DNA of 64,000 bases, from contig JBDREQ010000020.1 in assembly GCA_043819555.1 (NCBI GenBank), positions 1-64,000 on the forward strand, given 5' to 3'. Every line of letters begins with the position of its first letter. Position 1 is the first letter of the stretch. Made by a program: the position numbers and the translations under genes. The notes beneath the pieces were generated by a model, which was given only the letters and a program-made list of their open reading frames with translations, was not told the DNA's origin and ran no database searches. Origin of the DNA: Candidatus Zixiibacteriota bacterium. GTDB taxonomy: Bacteria > Zixibacteria > MSB-5A5 > GN15 > JAAZOE01. Below, one piece after another: positions 1 through 9,798 of this stretch.

Positions 1-949
1 ATATGAGATTAAAGATGGTCATCCCGAAAAAAAGGACGATATCGGTTGTGCCTTGCCCTGGTTGATTGAGGGGAACGTTGGGTTTCAAGTTATGGCCATA
101 TACGCTCCTACGGAACCAGGCAGTACTGTGATGGCTAAGAAGGAAATCGAACTCTATGAAACGATGATTCAGAAATTCAATGGAATTTTGGTTCCAATGA
201 CAACTTCAATGACCGAATTGCCGAAAATAGAGATGGGGAAAATAGTTACGGTTATGTCGATTGAAAGCGCCGCCGGACTTTGCGAAGAAGATGAGAAACT
301 GGATATTGCCTTTTCACGTTTAAATGGAATTTTAAATTCCGGGCATAGAATAATTTATGTCAGCCTGACCCATAATGAGGAAAATAGATTTGGAAGGGGG
401 AACACTTCCAAAGTGGGTTTGAAAAACGACGGTATGAGATTATTGGAGTATATGGATGAAAAGCGAATTGCTGTCGATTTTTCCCATACCAGCGACCGGT
501 TAGCAAATGATATTCTCGAATTCCTCGATAAAAAAAATCTTAATATCCCTGTCATGGCCAGCCATTCCAATTTTAGGAAACTTGCGCCCGTCGAGCGTAA
601 CCTGCCCGATGAAATTGCCCGAGAGATTTTTAAAAGAGGCGGGATAATTGGTATGACTTTTGTGCGTAAGATGGTTGGACTTGACGGCCCGCATCTATTG
701 AGAGAACATATTTTGCATGGGTTGGAATTGGGTGGCGAAAATTCATTGTGTATCGGCGCAGATTTTTTCTATACAAAGAATTTTCCGGATCAAAGTCGGG
801 CGCCGTTTTATTACGCGGAACAAGAGAATGCAGGAAAGATACCAGAGTTTTTTCAGCTTTTATCAAATGATTTGAGTAATGCTCAGCTAAAGTTGCTGAG
901 TTCCGGTAATGCCGAGAGATTTTTGAATAATCTATGGTTTTCAGGATAG
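1..949 (+). CDS. Membrane dipeptidase family (peptidase M19-like), 5'-truncated by window edge
   Basis: Frame is open from position 2. Motifs SIESA, LTHNEENRFG, VDFSH, MASHSN, ERNLPDE and IGADF match renal-dipeptidase-type amidohydrolases. Confidence 0.85.
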   Translation, partial: YEIKDGHPEKKDDIGCALPWLIEGNVGFQVMAIYAPTEPGSTVMAKKEIELYETMIQKFNGILVPMTTSMTELPKIEMGKIVTVMSIESAAGLCEEDEKLDIAFSRLNGILNSGHRIIYVSLTHNEENRFGRGNTSKVGLKNDGMRLLEYMDEKRIAVDFSHTSDRLANDILEFLDKKNLNIPVMASHSNFRKLAPVERNLPDEIAREIFKRGGIIGMTFVRKMVGLDGPHLLREHILHGLELGGENSLCIGADFFYTKNFPDQSRAPFYYAEQENAGKIPEFFQLLSNDLSNAQLKLLSSGNAERFLNNLWFSG

Positions 950-997
950 ACATAAATGTGCAATTGGAGATTGATGGAGTTGATGGGTAGGCATACA

Positions 998-1050
998 AGC
1001 GGGAACCCATCTCAAAAATAAGTGCAACGTTTTTTGAGGTGGATTCCCGC
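998..1050. repeat. Imperfect palindrome (GCGGGAA..CTCAAAAA / TTTTTGAG..TTCCCGC), REP-like or terminator
   Basis: 20-bp arms gcgggaacccatctcaaaaa and tttttgaggtggattcccgc (2 mismatches), just downstream of the dipeptidase stop. Confidence 0.5.
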
Positions 1051-1171
1051 TTTGAGCATCAACATTTTCCCATCAAATTCAATGCATTTTCGGAAATCAC
1101 CTGCATTAATGAATAGAATGGTTTGCGGATGAGTGTTCTTAATCAATGAGAATAAGGTTTTTTGAAAATAG

Positions 1172-1259
1172 TAAAAACGACAAAACGAACCCAATTCGCT
1201 ATAATCCATACAAGCTCATAAATATATAGGGAATTTTCGGGAAAATAATGTGGATAACT
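1172..1259 (+). repeat. 88-bp imperfect direct repeat, copy 1, ending in TGTGGATAA
   Basis: Ungapped manual alignment with 1594-1681 gives about 64/88 identities. Confidence 0.65.
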
Positions 1260-1279
1260 CTTTATCTTTGCATAAAGTT

Positions 1280-1370
1280 TGTCATCGCGAGGAGGTCGAA
1301 GACCGACGTGGCGATCTGTGTTTTTAAAACCCATAGATTGCCACACTCGCTTCGCTCGTTCGCAATGACG
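1280..1370. repeat. CGTC/TGTC-type palindromic (REP-like) element
   Basis: Nested inverted repeats gtcatcgcga...tcgcaatgac and gtggcgatct...agattgccac, resembling the GTCATTGCGAG...CTCGCAATGAC repeat family. Confidence 0.7.
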
Positions 1371-1593
1371 GAGCCTGCTGTTGGTGCTCGAATCACCATT
1401 GAGTTGATATGACCAAAAACGCTAATATGAGGAAACAAACCCATTTTCCGCGCAGGTGTGGACACCTGCACGGCAGAGTATGTTCCCCAAGTCCCGTCGG
1501 TTCACCGCTTTGTTATGGAACCGACGGAGGTCAACCGCGCGACAGCCAAAAGGTGGCGACGCCACAATCACCATCAAATCGGTAACGAATAAC

Positions 1594-1681
1594 TAAAAAA
1601 GACAGAGCAAAGCCAATTTGCTATAACCAATAGAGAGATATAACATTACAGCGAATTTTGTGAAATAAAATGTGGATAACT
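1594..1681 (+). repeat. 88-bp imperfect direct repeat, copy 2, ending in TGTGGATAA
   Basis: Matches copy 1; shared blocks CCAATT.GCTATAA, GAATTTT and AATGTGGATAACT. Confidence 0.65.
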
Positions 1682-1823
1682 ATTAAGTCAGAGCTTGTGT
1701 CCGGCGAACCGGTAGCTTTTGAGCAAAATGATGATCATTATTTCAATATCTACTATGGACCGATTAAACTTGCAGTCTTGTAGATACCGTCTTAAGAGTC
1801 AAGGGCAAATTTGTGATTGAAGG

Positions 1824-1846
1824 GTCGAAACCCTTGCGGTTTCGAC
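1824..1846. repeat. REP-like hairpin just downstream of cusA
   Basis: Perfect 9-bp stem gtcgaaacc-cttgc-ggtttcgac. Confidence 0.45.
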
Positions 1847-1853
1847 AACTAAT

Positions 1854-4800
1854 TTAATTATTATTCCGGATTTTTCGTTCTGCCAACGCACAGTATAGAA
1901 CCGGGACTGTAAAAACTGTAATCAAAACTACCATCATTCCGCCAAACGAGGGAATCGCCATCGGAATCATTATATCCGCGCCTCTGCCGGTCGATGTCAA
2001 TACCGGTAATAATGCAAGTATTGTCGTTGCGACGGTCATCAAAGCCGGACGGATTCGACGTTTACCTGCCATAACAGTCGCTTCGCGAATTTCATGGATT
2101 GATTTTGGTTTTTTATCTTCGAATACTTGTTTCAAATAGGTCGATATAATAACGCCGTCGTCAGTGGCGATTCCAAACAAAGCCAAAAATCCAACCCAAA
2201 CGGCGACTGAAAGATTGTAAGTGTGAATTTGAAATAGATCTCTTAGATTGGAGCCAAACATTGAGAAATTCATGAACCAATCCTGGCCGTAGAGCCAGAG
2301 CATCAAAAAACCGCCAGACCAGGCTACGAATATTCCGGAAAAAACCAATAACGTGGTCGGTACTTTTTTGAATTGAAAATAGAGAATCAAGAAGATAAGA
2401 ATTAATGACAGGGGCAAGACTACCATGAGTTTTTTCTGCGCGCGGATCTGATTTTCATAACTTCCGGCAAAAGTAAAGCTGACTCCGGCGGGAAGCTCAA
2501 GCTCACCCGATTCAATCTTTGCCATGAGATATGAATTGGCTTCTTCAACAACCTCAACTTCGGCATAATCGGGCTTTTTATCAAAAATGACATAACCCAC
2601 AAGAAATGTATTCTCCGCTTTTATCGCCATCGGACCGCGAACAAAGTTGATAGTCGCCAATTCCCTCAATGGGATTTGAGCGCCGCCCGGGGTTGGGATG
2701 AGAATTTTCTCTAATGACTCGATACTGCTTCTTAGTTCTCTCTGGTATCGAACGCGGACAGGATAACGTTGCCGGCCTTCAACAGTAGTAGTAATTTTTT
2801 TGCCCCCGATAGCGACTTCGATGATATCCTGCACATTGCGGATATGAATTCCAAAACGGGCAATTGCTTGCCGGTCAATTTCAATTTCCAGATATGGTTT
2901 ACCCACGATGCGATCGGTGATTACAGCAGCAGGTTCTATTGAAGGAACATCTTTTAACAAACGCTCAATATCCAAAGCGGTCCGTTCAATATCCTCAAGA
3001 GTCGGTCCTTTAACTTTGATACCCATGGGGGCTCTCATCCCCGATTGCAGCATAACCAATCGAGCGGCAATCGGCTGGAGTTTTGGCGCCGACGTCGTCC
3101 CTGTTATTTTCCCGGCGCGTATAATCTCATTCCAGATATCATCGGGGGAAGTTATTTCATCGCGCCATTGGCGAAAAGGTTTGCCCCCCTTATCGAGAAT
3201 TAAATTGTTCGAGGAATCTCTAACAAATTCATCGTTCTCGAATTTAAATTTTTGCACATGACCGTCTTCATCAATGATATATTCGGATTTGTAATTAATA
3301 ATGGTTTCCACCATCGAAATCGGCGCTGGGTCGAGCGGTGAATCGACGCGGCCGATTTTGCCAACTGCCGATTCAATCTCCGGTATGGATGCAAAGGCTT
3401 TATCTTGAGTTTGTAAAACGTCCAGAGCCTCTCCAATTGAGGCATGAGGCATAGTGGTCGGCATATACAGAAATGAACCTTCGTCAAGATTGGGCATGAA
3501 TTCTTTTCCCAAACCGGGGAAAGTGTGATTTGCTGAAGTGTACAATCGTGTTGAGCGAATCCAATCGGGTGCAAATCCGAAAATAGAATCAAATCCGAGC
3601 CAGATTGATAAGCCAATGATTATCAGGAATGCGGGAAATGACAAAAACAGCTTTTTATTATTCAGACACCATCGCAGGATCGGTTCATAGATTCTTAAAA
3701 ACATTTGGAATATGAATAATATCCCCCCGAGAAGAACTGCAGTAAATATATAGTTTAAGAATTTCCCCGCTCCTGGACCCAGCGGCATCCAATGGGACGC
3801 GAGAAACCAGGCGACAAAAGCGGCGATAAGATAGATATTTGCCTGCGGTATATTTTTTTGGGCATTTAAGGGGAGTTTATGCTTGAATCCAAGATAGACA
3901 GCGATGAAAATACTAAAAATTCCGGTCAGCCACAAAGAATTGACAAACATAAAAATCGCCGCAACAAGCAATAGAAACGGCATGAAAATCTTTTGTCCTT
4001 TTGATTTCTTGCGGGTAAATAGAAAATGCGCAAATGGGGGTATTATCGCTAGAGCGATAATAACAGAGGAAATCAGGGCGAATGTCTTTGTGTATGCCAG
4101 GGGTTTAAAAAGTTTTCCTTCAGCGGCGACCATCGCGAAAACCGGCAAGAATGAAACAACCGTAGTCGAAACGGCAGTTAGAACCGCTCCGCCAACTTCA
4201 GATGCAGCCGTAAATACGGTCTTTTTTAAATCCGTGCCGGGACCTGCTCGGTCGAGGTGTTTTAAAATGTTTTCGCTGACGACAATCCCCATATCGACAA
4301 TTGTTCCGATAGCGATAGCGATTCCGGAAAGCGCAACGATATTAGCATCAACTTTGAATAGTTTCATGGCTATGAAAACCATCAGCACAGTCAGGGGGAG
4401 AAGCCCGGATATAAGAAGAGAGCTGCGCAAATGCATAACCATAATCAGGATGACGATTATCGTTACCAGTATTTCGTCAATGAGAGCGGTATTGAGAGTG
4501 CCGAGAGTTTCATAAATCAATCCGGTACGGTCATAGAAAGGAATAATTTTAACCTGTGATTCGGTACCGTCGGGCAATATCTTTTTGGGCAACCCCGGGG
4601 AAATTTCCTCAATAATCCGTTTGACATTTTTAATTGTTGCCAAAGGATTTTCACCATAACGGACGACAACAACGCCACCCACGGCTTCGGCTCCGCCTTT
4701 ATCAAGTGCGCCCCGCCGCATTGCGGGTCCCAGTGAGACCACTCCGACATCGCCTATCCGAATAGGAACATTATCGGTTTGCCGGATGACTGAATTTTCA

Positions 4801-5624
4801 ATATCAGCGATTGTTTTAATAAAACCGACGCCGCGAATGACGTATTCGGCTTTGTTAATTTCAATAGTTCGCGCCCCGACATCAATGTTCGACATACGGA
4901 CACTATTAAAAACGTCAGTCAAAGATATCTTGTGCGCGCGCATGGCGTCAGGATTTACATCGATTTGATATTCCTGAACAAATCCGCCAATCGAAGCGAC
5001 CTCGGCGACACCCCTGGACGACATAAGGGCGTATTTGACGGTCCAGTCCTGGATTGAGCGCAATTCATGTAGATCCCAACCGCCGGTAGGATTTCCGTTT
5101 TTGTCTTGCCCTTCCAGAGTGTACCAAAATACCTGACCCAGCGCAGTGGCATCAGGCCCAATAGATGGCTGAACCCCGTCAGGTAATGCATCCGAGGGAA
5201 GAGAATTTAGTTTTTCAAGAATTCGAGAACGCGACCAGTAGAATTCAATATCATCCTCAAAAATGATGTAAATGGTGGAAAATCCAAGATAAGAGTAACT
5301 GCGAATAGTATTGACTCCGGGGATTCCCAAAAGCGAGACGGTCAAAGGATATGTAATCTGATCTTCAATATCCTGAGGGGAGCGGCCCATCCATTGAGTA
5401 AAAACGATTTGCTGATTTTCGCCTATATCCGGGATAGCGTCAACGGGAACCGGATCGCGGGGCAGCCCTCCCAGGTTCCAATCGAACGGGGCGACCATTA
5501 CACCCCATGCAATAATGATCAGAGTCAATAAGCTGACAATGAGCTTGTTGTCGAGGCAGTATTTTATCAGCCGATCAATTAATGAATATTTCTTTCCGCC
5601 CGGATTTTGAATTTTGCTGGTCAT
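1854..5624 (-). CDS. cusA: CusA/SilA-family heavy-metal efflux RND permease
   Basis: Motifs DAIPDIGENQQIV, GPDATALG, LDEGSFLYMPTT, SMVET, LVMLQSG (three Cu/Ag-ligand Met positions) and RIRPALMT. Confidence 0.93.
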   Translation of the reverse strand: MTSKIQNPGGKKYSLIDRLIKYCLDNKLIVSLLTLIIIAWGVMVAPFDWNLGGLPRDPVPVDAIPDIGENQQIVFTQWMGRSPQDIEDQITYPLTVSLLGIPGVNTIRSYSYLGFSTIYIIFEDDIEFYWSRSRILEKLNSLPSDALPDGVQPSIGPDATALGQVFWYTLEGQDKNGNPTGGWDLHELRSIQDWTVKYALMSSRGVAEVASIGGFVQEYQIDVNPDAMRAHKISLTDVFNSVRMSNIDVGARTIEINKAEYVIRGVGFIKTIADIENSVIRQTDNVPIRIGDVGVVSLGPAMRRGALDKGGAEAVGGVVVVRYGENPLATIKNVKRIIEEISPGLPKKILPDGTESQVKIIPFYDRTGLIYETLGTLNTALIDEILVTIIVILIMVMHLRSSLLISGLLPLTVLMVFIAMKLFKVDANIVALSGIAIAIGTIVDMGIVVSENILKHLDRAGPGTDLKKTVFTAASEVGGAVLTAVSTTVVSFLPVFAMVAAEGKLFKPLAYTKTFALISSVIIALAIIPPFAHFLFTRKKSKGQKIFMPFLLLVAAIFMFVNSLWLTGIFSIFIAVYLGFKHKLPLNAQKNIPQANIYLIAAFVAWFLASHWMPLGPGAGKFLNYIFTAVLLGGILFIFQMFLRIYEPILRWCLNNKKLFLSFPAFLIIIGLSIWLGFDSIFGFAPDWIRSTRLYTSANHTFPGLGKEFMPNLDEGSFLYMPTTMPHASIGEALDVLQTQDKAFASIPEIESAVGKIGRVDSPLDPAPISMVETIINYKSEYIIDEDGHVQKFKFENDEFVRDSSNNLILDKGGKPFRQWRDEITSPDDIWNEIIRAGKITGTTSAPKLQPIAARLVMLQSGMRAPMGIKVKGPTLEDIERTALDIERLLKDVPSIEPAAVITDRIVGKPYLEIEIDRQAIARFGIHIRNVQDIIEVAIGGKKITTTVEGRQRYPVRVRYQRELRSSIESLEKILIPTPGGAQIPLRELATINFVRGPMAIKAENTFLVGYVIFDKKPDYAEVEVVEEANSYLMAKIESGELELPAGVSFTFAGSYENQIRAQKKLMVVLPLSLILIFLILYFQFKKVPTTLLVFSGIFVAWSGGFLMLWLYGQDWFMNFSMFGSNLRDLFQIHTYNLSVAVWVGFLALFGIATDDGVIISTYLKQVFEDKKPKSIHEIREATVMAGKRRIRPALMTVATTILALLPVLTSTGRGADIMIPMAIPSFGGMMVVLITVFTVPVLYCALAERKIRNNN

Positions 5625-7622
5625 TTAATTTTCCGCTGAACCTTCGGGCTTAAGAGGTTTTTTTATTTCGCCGCATCGAAGCATTAGTTCACCATAGAAT
5701 GAATTCCAAACGATGTCTTCGGTTTGGAGCCAATAGGCGCCCTTATAATCACGAGCCATTGGGCAATAGGTCAGATAATAGTCCAAATTCTCCAAATGCC
5801 CAAATGTCTTATGCAACTCAATAATGACAATTGAAAGATGATAAAAGGCATCCCTGGCGCTTTCAATATTTTCAGCGGTTTTACCTCGTTCGCCGGCATG
5901 CAGCAACCTGGCCGAAAGTTCCATCCATCGTTCATGCCCATCGTGTGAAAAAACGGTCAACTTTACCTGCCGAGTTTCATTCTCCAATTTTAGAAAACCG
6001 TTTGCCGCCAGTTCGGGGTTGTCGCTGGCGAGGGCCATCTGGATTTCAAAATAAGCATTATACACCGGAGCCAAAGCTTCCAGGGCCTGATTGTCCTCAT
6101 GAATATGTTTCACCGGTGCATTAATTATTTCGTCTATTGTCATTTGGGTTTGACTCCGGCTTTCCGGAGACATCATGCTGGTTTTGGCCCTGATCTGAAG
6201 TTCGCTATCAATACGGAACGCGCCGTTGGTCACAACGGCTTCGCCCTCTTCGATTCCGGATTTAATAACGTAGAAATCACCGGCCCGAGGCCCTAATTCG
6301 ATTTCACGTCCTTCATAAATGGGTCCGTCGTTTTCCTGCGTTTCAATATAAACAACGGCTCGTTTCCCCGTAATTAATGGAGCCGAAACAGGAATCATAA
6401 TGGGCGCTTCGCTTATACTTGTTTTATTGCCCGAATAGCCCAATGATTCGGTCGGGACCAGGTCCATGCCACAGACATCGCATATTCCGGGATGGTCTTT
6501 TATTACTTCAGGGTGCATGGGGCTGATCCATTTTCCCGCCAGGTATTTAGAAATCACATTCCCCTTATTGTCGATTCTTGATTTAACAATGGCTCTGACA
6601 AACATATCGGGTTTGAGATGATTGCTGGAATTGTCTACAATGGCTCTTATTTTTATGGTTCTGGTTGCGGGATTAACTGTCGGATTGATGAAACTGATAA
6701 GAGCATCAAATTCTTCCCCCGGAAACGATGGAGAAGTAAAGGTTAGTTTCTGACCGTACCGCAGCCATGGCAAATCCGATTCGTATGCTTCCAAAATTAC
6801 CCATAGTTTAGATAAATCAGCTATAGTATAAATGCGTGTTCCGGTTTTGACATAATCGCCTTCAACCGCGTTCATTTCAACGACAACGCCGCCAAATGGA
6901 GCGGTAAGTGTTACGGTCTTGGAATATTCATCGCTTTTTTCAATATCATTGATTTGTTCACGTGTCAATCCCCAAAGTTCTAATTTCTGTCTGGAAGACT
7001 CAAGTGTTTGCTTGGCTGACCGTTGAAGCACAGAATTTGAGGATTTGTCAATTGATGCCAATGTTTTTCGGGCCTGAATCAATTCTTCCTGGGCAGTCAA
7101 AAGTTCTGGCGAGTAGATTTCTACTAAATGATCGCCTTGTTTTACCTTAATTCCGGTATAATCGGCATAAAGCCGATCGAGACGCCCTGGCATCCGGGCG
7201 GTAATGGTAGCCTGATTGGTTTCATCGTAAGCGATTTTGCCAACCATTGATATTTCCGCCTCGCCAAAGGCTCGGATTGCCGGTGAAGTTACAATCCTTG
7301 CAAGCTGTTTCGCTGATTCGGTCATTCGGATTTGTCGAGGTCCAAGCTCATCCTCCGATCCCGACTCCAGGGGTATTAAATCCATGAAACAGATAGGACA
7401 TTTTCCGGGCTTGGGCAATTTAATCTGGGGATGCATGGAACATGTCCAGATCGCTGGACCTGATTCGGTGGCGCCCTGATCCTGCCCATCAGGCATATGA
7501 CCAGTCGATAGCATTGATCCCAGAAGGAAGGCGCCGACCATTATAATCGACAATGCCAATCGCCTTGCCCATGATTGGGAAGCCCATTGATTCAATTTCT
7601 TCCTGACAGAATTTTCACCCAT
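5625..7622 (-). CDS. cusB: CusB-family periplasmic adaptor with heavy-metal-binding domains and DUF3347-like C-terminus
   Basis: WTCSMHPQI..CPICFMDL and SPMHPEV..CDVCGMDL motifs, IYSPELLTAQEE, LKPDMFV, C-terminal YCPMA..YWLQ..NSFYG.LMLRCG. Confidence 0.88.
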   Translation of the reverse strand: MGENSVRKKLNQWASQSWARRLALSIIMVGAFLLGSMLSTGHMPDGQDQGATESGPAIWTCSMHPQIKLPKPGKCPICFMDLIPLESGSEDELGPRQIRMTESAKQLARIVTSPAIRAFGEAEISMVGKIAYDETNQATITARMPGRLDRLYADYTGIKVKQGDHLVEIYSPELLTAQEELIQARKTLASIDKSSNSVLQRSAKQTLESSRQKLELWGLTREQINDIEKSDEYSKTVTLTAPFGGVVVEMNAVEGDYVKTGTRIYTIADLSKLWVILEAYESDLPWLRYGQKLTFTSPSFPGEEFDALISFINPTVNPATRTIKIRAIVDNSSNHLKPDMFVRAIVKSRIDNKGNVISKYLAGKWISPMHPEVIKDHPGICDVCGMDLVPTESLGYSGNKTSISEAPIMIPVSAPLITGKRAVVYIETQENDGPIYEGREIELGPRAGDFYVIKSGIEEGEAVVTNGAFRIDSELQIRAKTSMMSPESRSQTQMTIDEIINAPVKHIHEDNQALEALAPVYNAYFEIQMALASDNPELAANGFLKLENETRQVKLTVFSHDGHERWMELSARLLHAGERGKTAENIESARDAFYHLSIVIIELHKTFGHLENLDYYLTYCPMARDYKGAYWLQTEDIVWNSFYGELMLRCGEIKKPLKPEGSAEN

Positions 7623-7653
7623 AATTTATTTCCGAGCCTTTCTTTGGGCAAAC

Positions 7654-8118
7654 CTAATGTTTATGCTCTTTGTGCTCTTCCGGTTTGCCATCAAGCTTTC
7701 CCAGCAGTTCATTTTTATCTTTGGCAGCGGTGAATTTTTCCTGGCATTTCTCATTACAAAAATAAACTCCGCGGCCTTCATGATATGTGAAATGCTCTTT
7801 ATCCTTTAATTCCATATTGTCGATCGGGCAGGTTTTTTGGATATTTTCAAAAAGAATGTTCTCTTCAGCCGCCTTCTTGAAGTACTTATCAGGATCTTCC
7901 TTAAGGCTTTTTGAGCACATGGGGCAGCAATGATACACGCGCTGACCCTGAATGTCGGTGTAAATTTCAGGATTAATTTTTCCACCCATCACCGGACAAT
8001 TAGTTTGTTTTTTAAATTCCTTTTTCGCGGGCTCTTTCTCAGCTTCACCGGCGAAGATTGCAGACGCCATAAATAGTACGGCAGCAATTAAGACTGAAAT
8101 AGTTGCGAGAGTTTTCAT
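7654..8118 (-). CDS. Secreted YHS/TRASH-like double-domain metal-binding protein
   Basis: Signal peptide; CPVMGG..YHCCPMC and CPID..YFCNEKC repeats; His-rich C-terminus. Confidence 0.75.
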   Translation of the reverse strand: MKTLATISVLIAAVLFMASAIFAGEAEKEPAKKEFKKQTNCPVMGGKINPEIYTDIQGQRVYHCCPMCSKSLKEDPDKYFKKAAEENILFENIQKTCPIDNMELKDKEHFTYHEGRGVYFCNEKCQEKFTAAKDKNELLGKLDGKPEEHKEHKH

Positions 8119-8153
8119 AGTGACTCCTATGGTTAATTGTTTTTTTATATCCT

Positions 8154-9509
8154 TTAGAGTTTACCCATTAACATTTCAATTTCGGAAATCTTGATAGCAA
8201 GATCAGTTCTCGACCGTTCATATATTTCCTGAAAATGAAGTAGCTGACGCTGGGAATCAAGCAGGCTTACAATATCAATGTTACCGGCCTGAAATGCGGC
8301 ATAGCCTACATTTAAAGCCTCCTCGGCTCGAGGGATCAGGCCGTCTTTGTATAAATCAATTTTTCTTTGTGCTTCGTCATATTCGAACAAGACTTTTTCC
8401 ACTCTGGCAATTAAACGATTCCGGGCATTGGTGAGCTTGTTTTCCTGAGCCATCAATCGAGATTTGGATTGATTTCTGACAGCTTTATTTTTTCCAAACC
8501 AGATCGGAAGAGTCATACCAATATTCAGCATTAATGGATCTTTACCGCTTTCGGGCATTGACGGAATCAGAGCCGGACCGGTTTCGATATAATCAACGCC
8601 CAGTGTAAAAACAGGCATTGTGTTTTTTCCGCTAAGTCGGACGCCGGCTTTTTCCTTTTGAACATCATATTCCATACTTTTCAGAGCCGGATTGTTATCA
8701 ATTATGCGATCCAGAATAGACTGAATATCGATCGAGATGTCATCAATTTGAATCGTATCCGGGATTGATATATTGGATATGTCGGATAAGTTCAATAATG
8801 CGGCCAAATGTGATTTGATTGGCCTGAACGTTTTGTCGATACCAATTAGCCGGTCCTCAAGTATGCCCAATTCGATTTGGACTTTTATCAAATCATGGTG
8901 TGAAATCTGTCCGGTCTTATATTTGGTTTGGGTGACGGTTTCCCAGAATTTCAAAATCTCAAGATTGGCATGAATAAGTGATTTCAGTTTCCCTAAATAA
9001 TAGAGCTCATAAAATACCGTTTTTATATCATGGGTTACCGATTGTTTTATTGATTCGTAATTCATTTCGGAAGCCAACGCCTCGCTTTTGGCCACTTCAC
9101 CCCTGGCGCCCAGGGTTCCAAACCAGGGCAGCGATTGCTTCAGGCCAATTCTATATCTTTGCGGGCCGACTCGAGTCTCCACATTTTGCATGAAATATCC
9201 GAATGAAAGAACCGGATCAGGCAACGCTCCGGCAAATGAGGTTCTATCAATCGCTGCCCGCCAGTTATAAAAAGATTCTTTTAACAAAGGGTTAGTCGTC
9301 ATACCTAATTTGAGTAAATTCGAGAGGCCGTTACAAGCCTCATTATTGATGGTTAATTCACCAGAAAGTTGGTAACTCAAATTTAGAGAATCAGCCTTTT
9401 TTTTTGATATATCAAAATGGTCCGCCAATGAATTTAGCGGTGTTAAAACAATTACCATGGCTAAAATAAAAACTAGTATATGTCTTATCATAATGTGTTG
9501 TTTTTCCAT
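8154..9509 (-). CDS. TolC-family outer membrane efflux protein (CusC-like)
   Basis: GALPDPVLSFG, LKQSLPWFG and LPIWFGKN motifs; first gene of the cus operon. Start moved to ATG 9509 (9491 is an alternative). Confidence 0.85.
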   Translation of the reverse strand: MEKQHIMIRHILVFILAMVIVLTPLNSLADHFDISKKKADSLNLSYQLSGELTINNEACNGLSNLLKLGMTTNPLLKESFYNWRAAIDRTSFAGALPDPVLSFGYFMQNVETRVGPQRYRIGLKQSLPWFGTLGARGEVAKSEALASEMNYESIKQSVTHDIKTVFYELYYLGKLKSLIHANLEILKFWETVTQTKYKTGQISHHDLIKVQIELGILEDRLIGIDKTFRPIKSHLAALLNLSDISNISIPDTIQIDDISIDIQSILDRIIDNNPALKSMEYDVQKEKAGVRLSGKNTMPVFTLGVDYIETGPALIPSMPESGKDPLMLNIGMTLPIWFGKNKAVRNQSKSRLMAQENKLTNARNRLIARVEKVLFEYDEAQRKIDLYKDGLIPRAEEALNVGYAAFQAGNIDIVSLLDSQRQLLHFQEIYERSRTDLAIKISEIEMLMGKL

Positions 9510-9537
9510 AAATTTGTATTTTCCTGAAATACAATGT

Positions 9538-9553
9538 ATCATATACTATGCCA
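9538..9553 (-). promoter_or_regulatory. Putative sigma54 (-24/-12) promoter of the cus operon
   Basis: Minus strand TGGCATAGTATATGAT (GG-N10-GA, non-consensus at -12), about 30 nt upstream of the TolC start; a sigma54 activator is encoded divergently. Confidence 0.45.
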
Positions 9554-9734
9554 AAAACTGTATGTTGTTGTCAAACAAAAAAATATGAACGGTATGAGAA
9601 GAATGCCGTTGGATTATTGAATAAAATTGTTCAGCGGTGAATAATATTCTTCTTTTTTATCCAATTATTGCGTATCATATTTACAGATTTTGAAATAGAT
9701 GACGATGATGATTTTTAAGGCGCTGAAAAGTATT

Positions 9735-9759
9735 GAGTTTTATGATTCGGATAAAACTC
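9735..9759. promoter_or_regulatory. Inverted repeat, candidate enhancer-binding site
   Basis: GAGTTTTAT-N7-ATAAAACTC, about 190 bp upstream of the putative sigma54 promoter. Confidence 0.3.
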
Positions 9760-9798
9760 GAAAATATGTGTTTGGCATGGAACGAAATTTGTTTGAGG

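Noticed and set aside
1249..1679. oriC call from two DnaA boxes
   Set aside because: Only two boxes 422 bp apart, each inside a repeat unit, with no dnaA/dnaN/gidA context.
950..1853. CRISPR array or IS element in the repeat-rich intergenic region
   Set aside because: No regularly spaced identical repeats, no transposase ORF and no terminal inverted repeat with target duplication. The short ORFs here appear to be repeat-derived.
3904..4515. 203-aa plus-strand ORF and other short antisense ORFs inside long genes
   Set aside because: Fully nested antisense to well-supported genes with no independent coding signal.
9778..9792. Plus-strand sigma54-like site TGGAACG-AAAT-TTGT before the kinase
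   Set aside because: Non-consensus at both elements and too close to the candidate start codons to leave a sensible leader.
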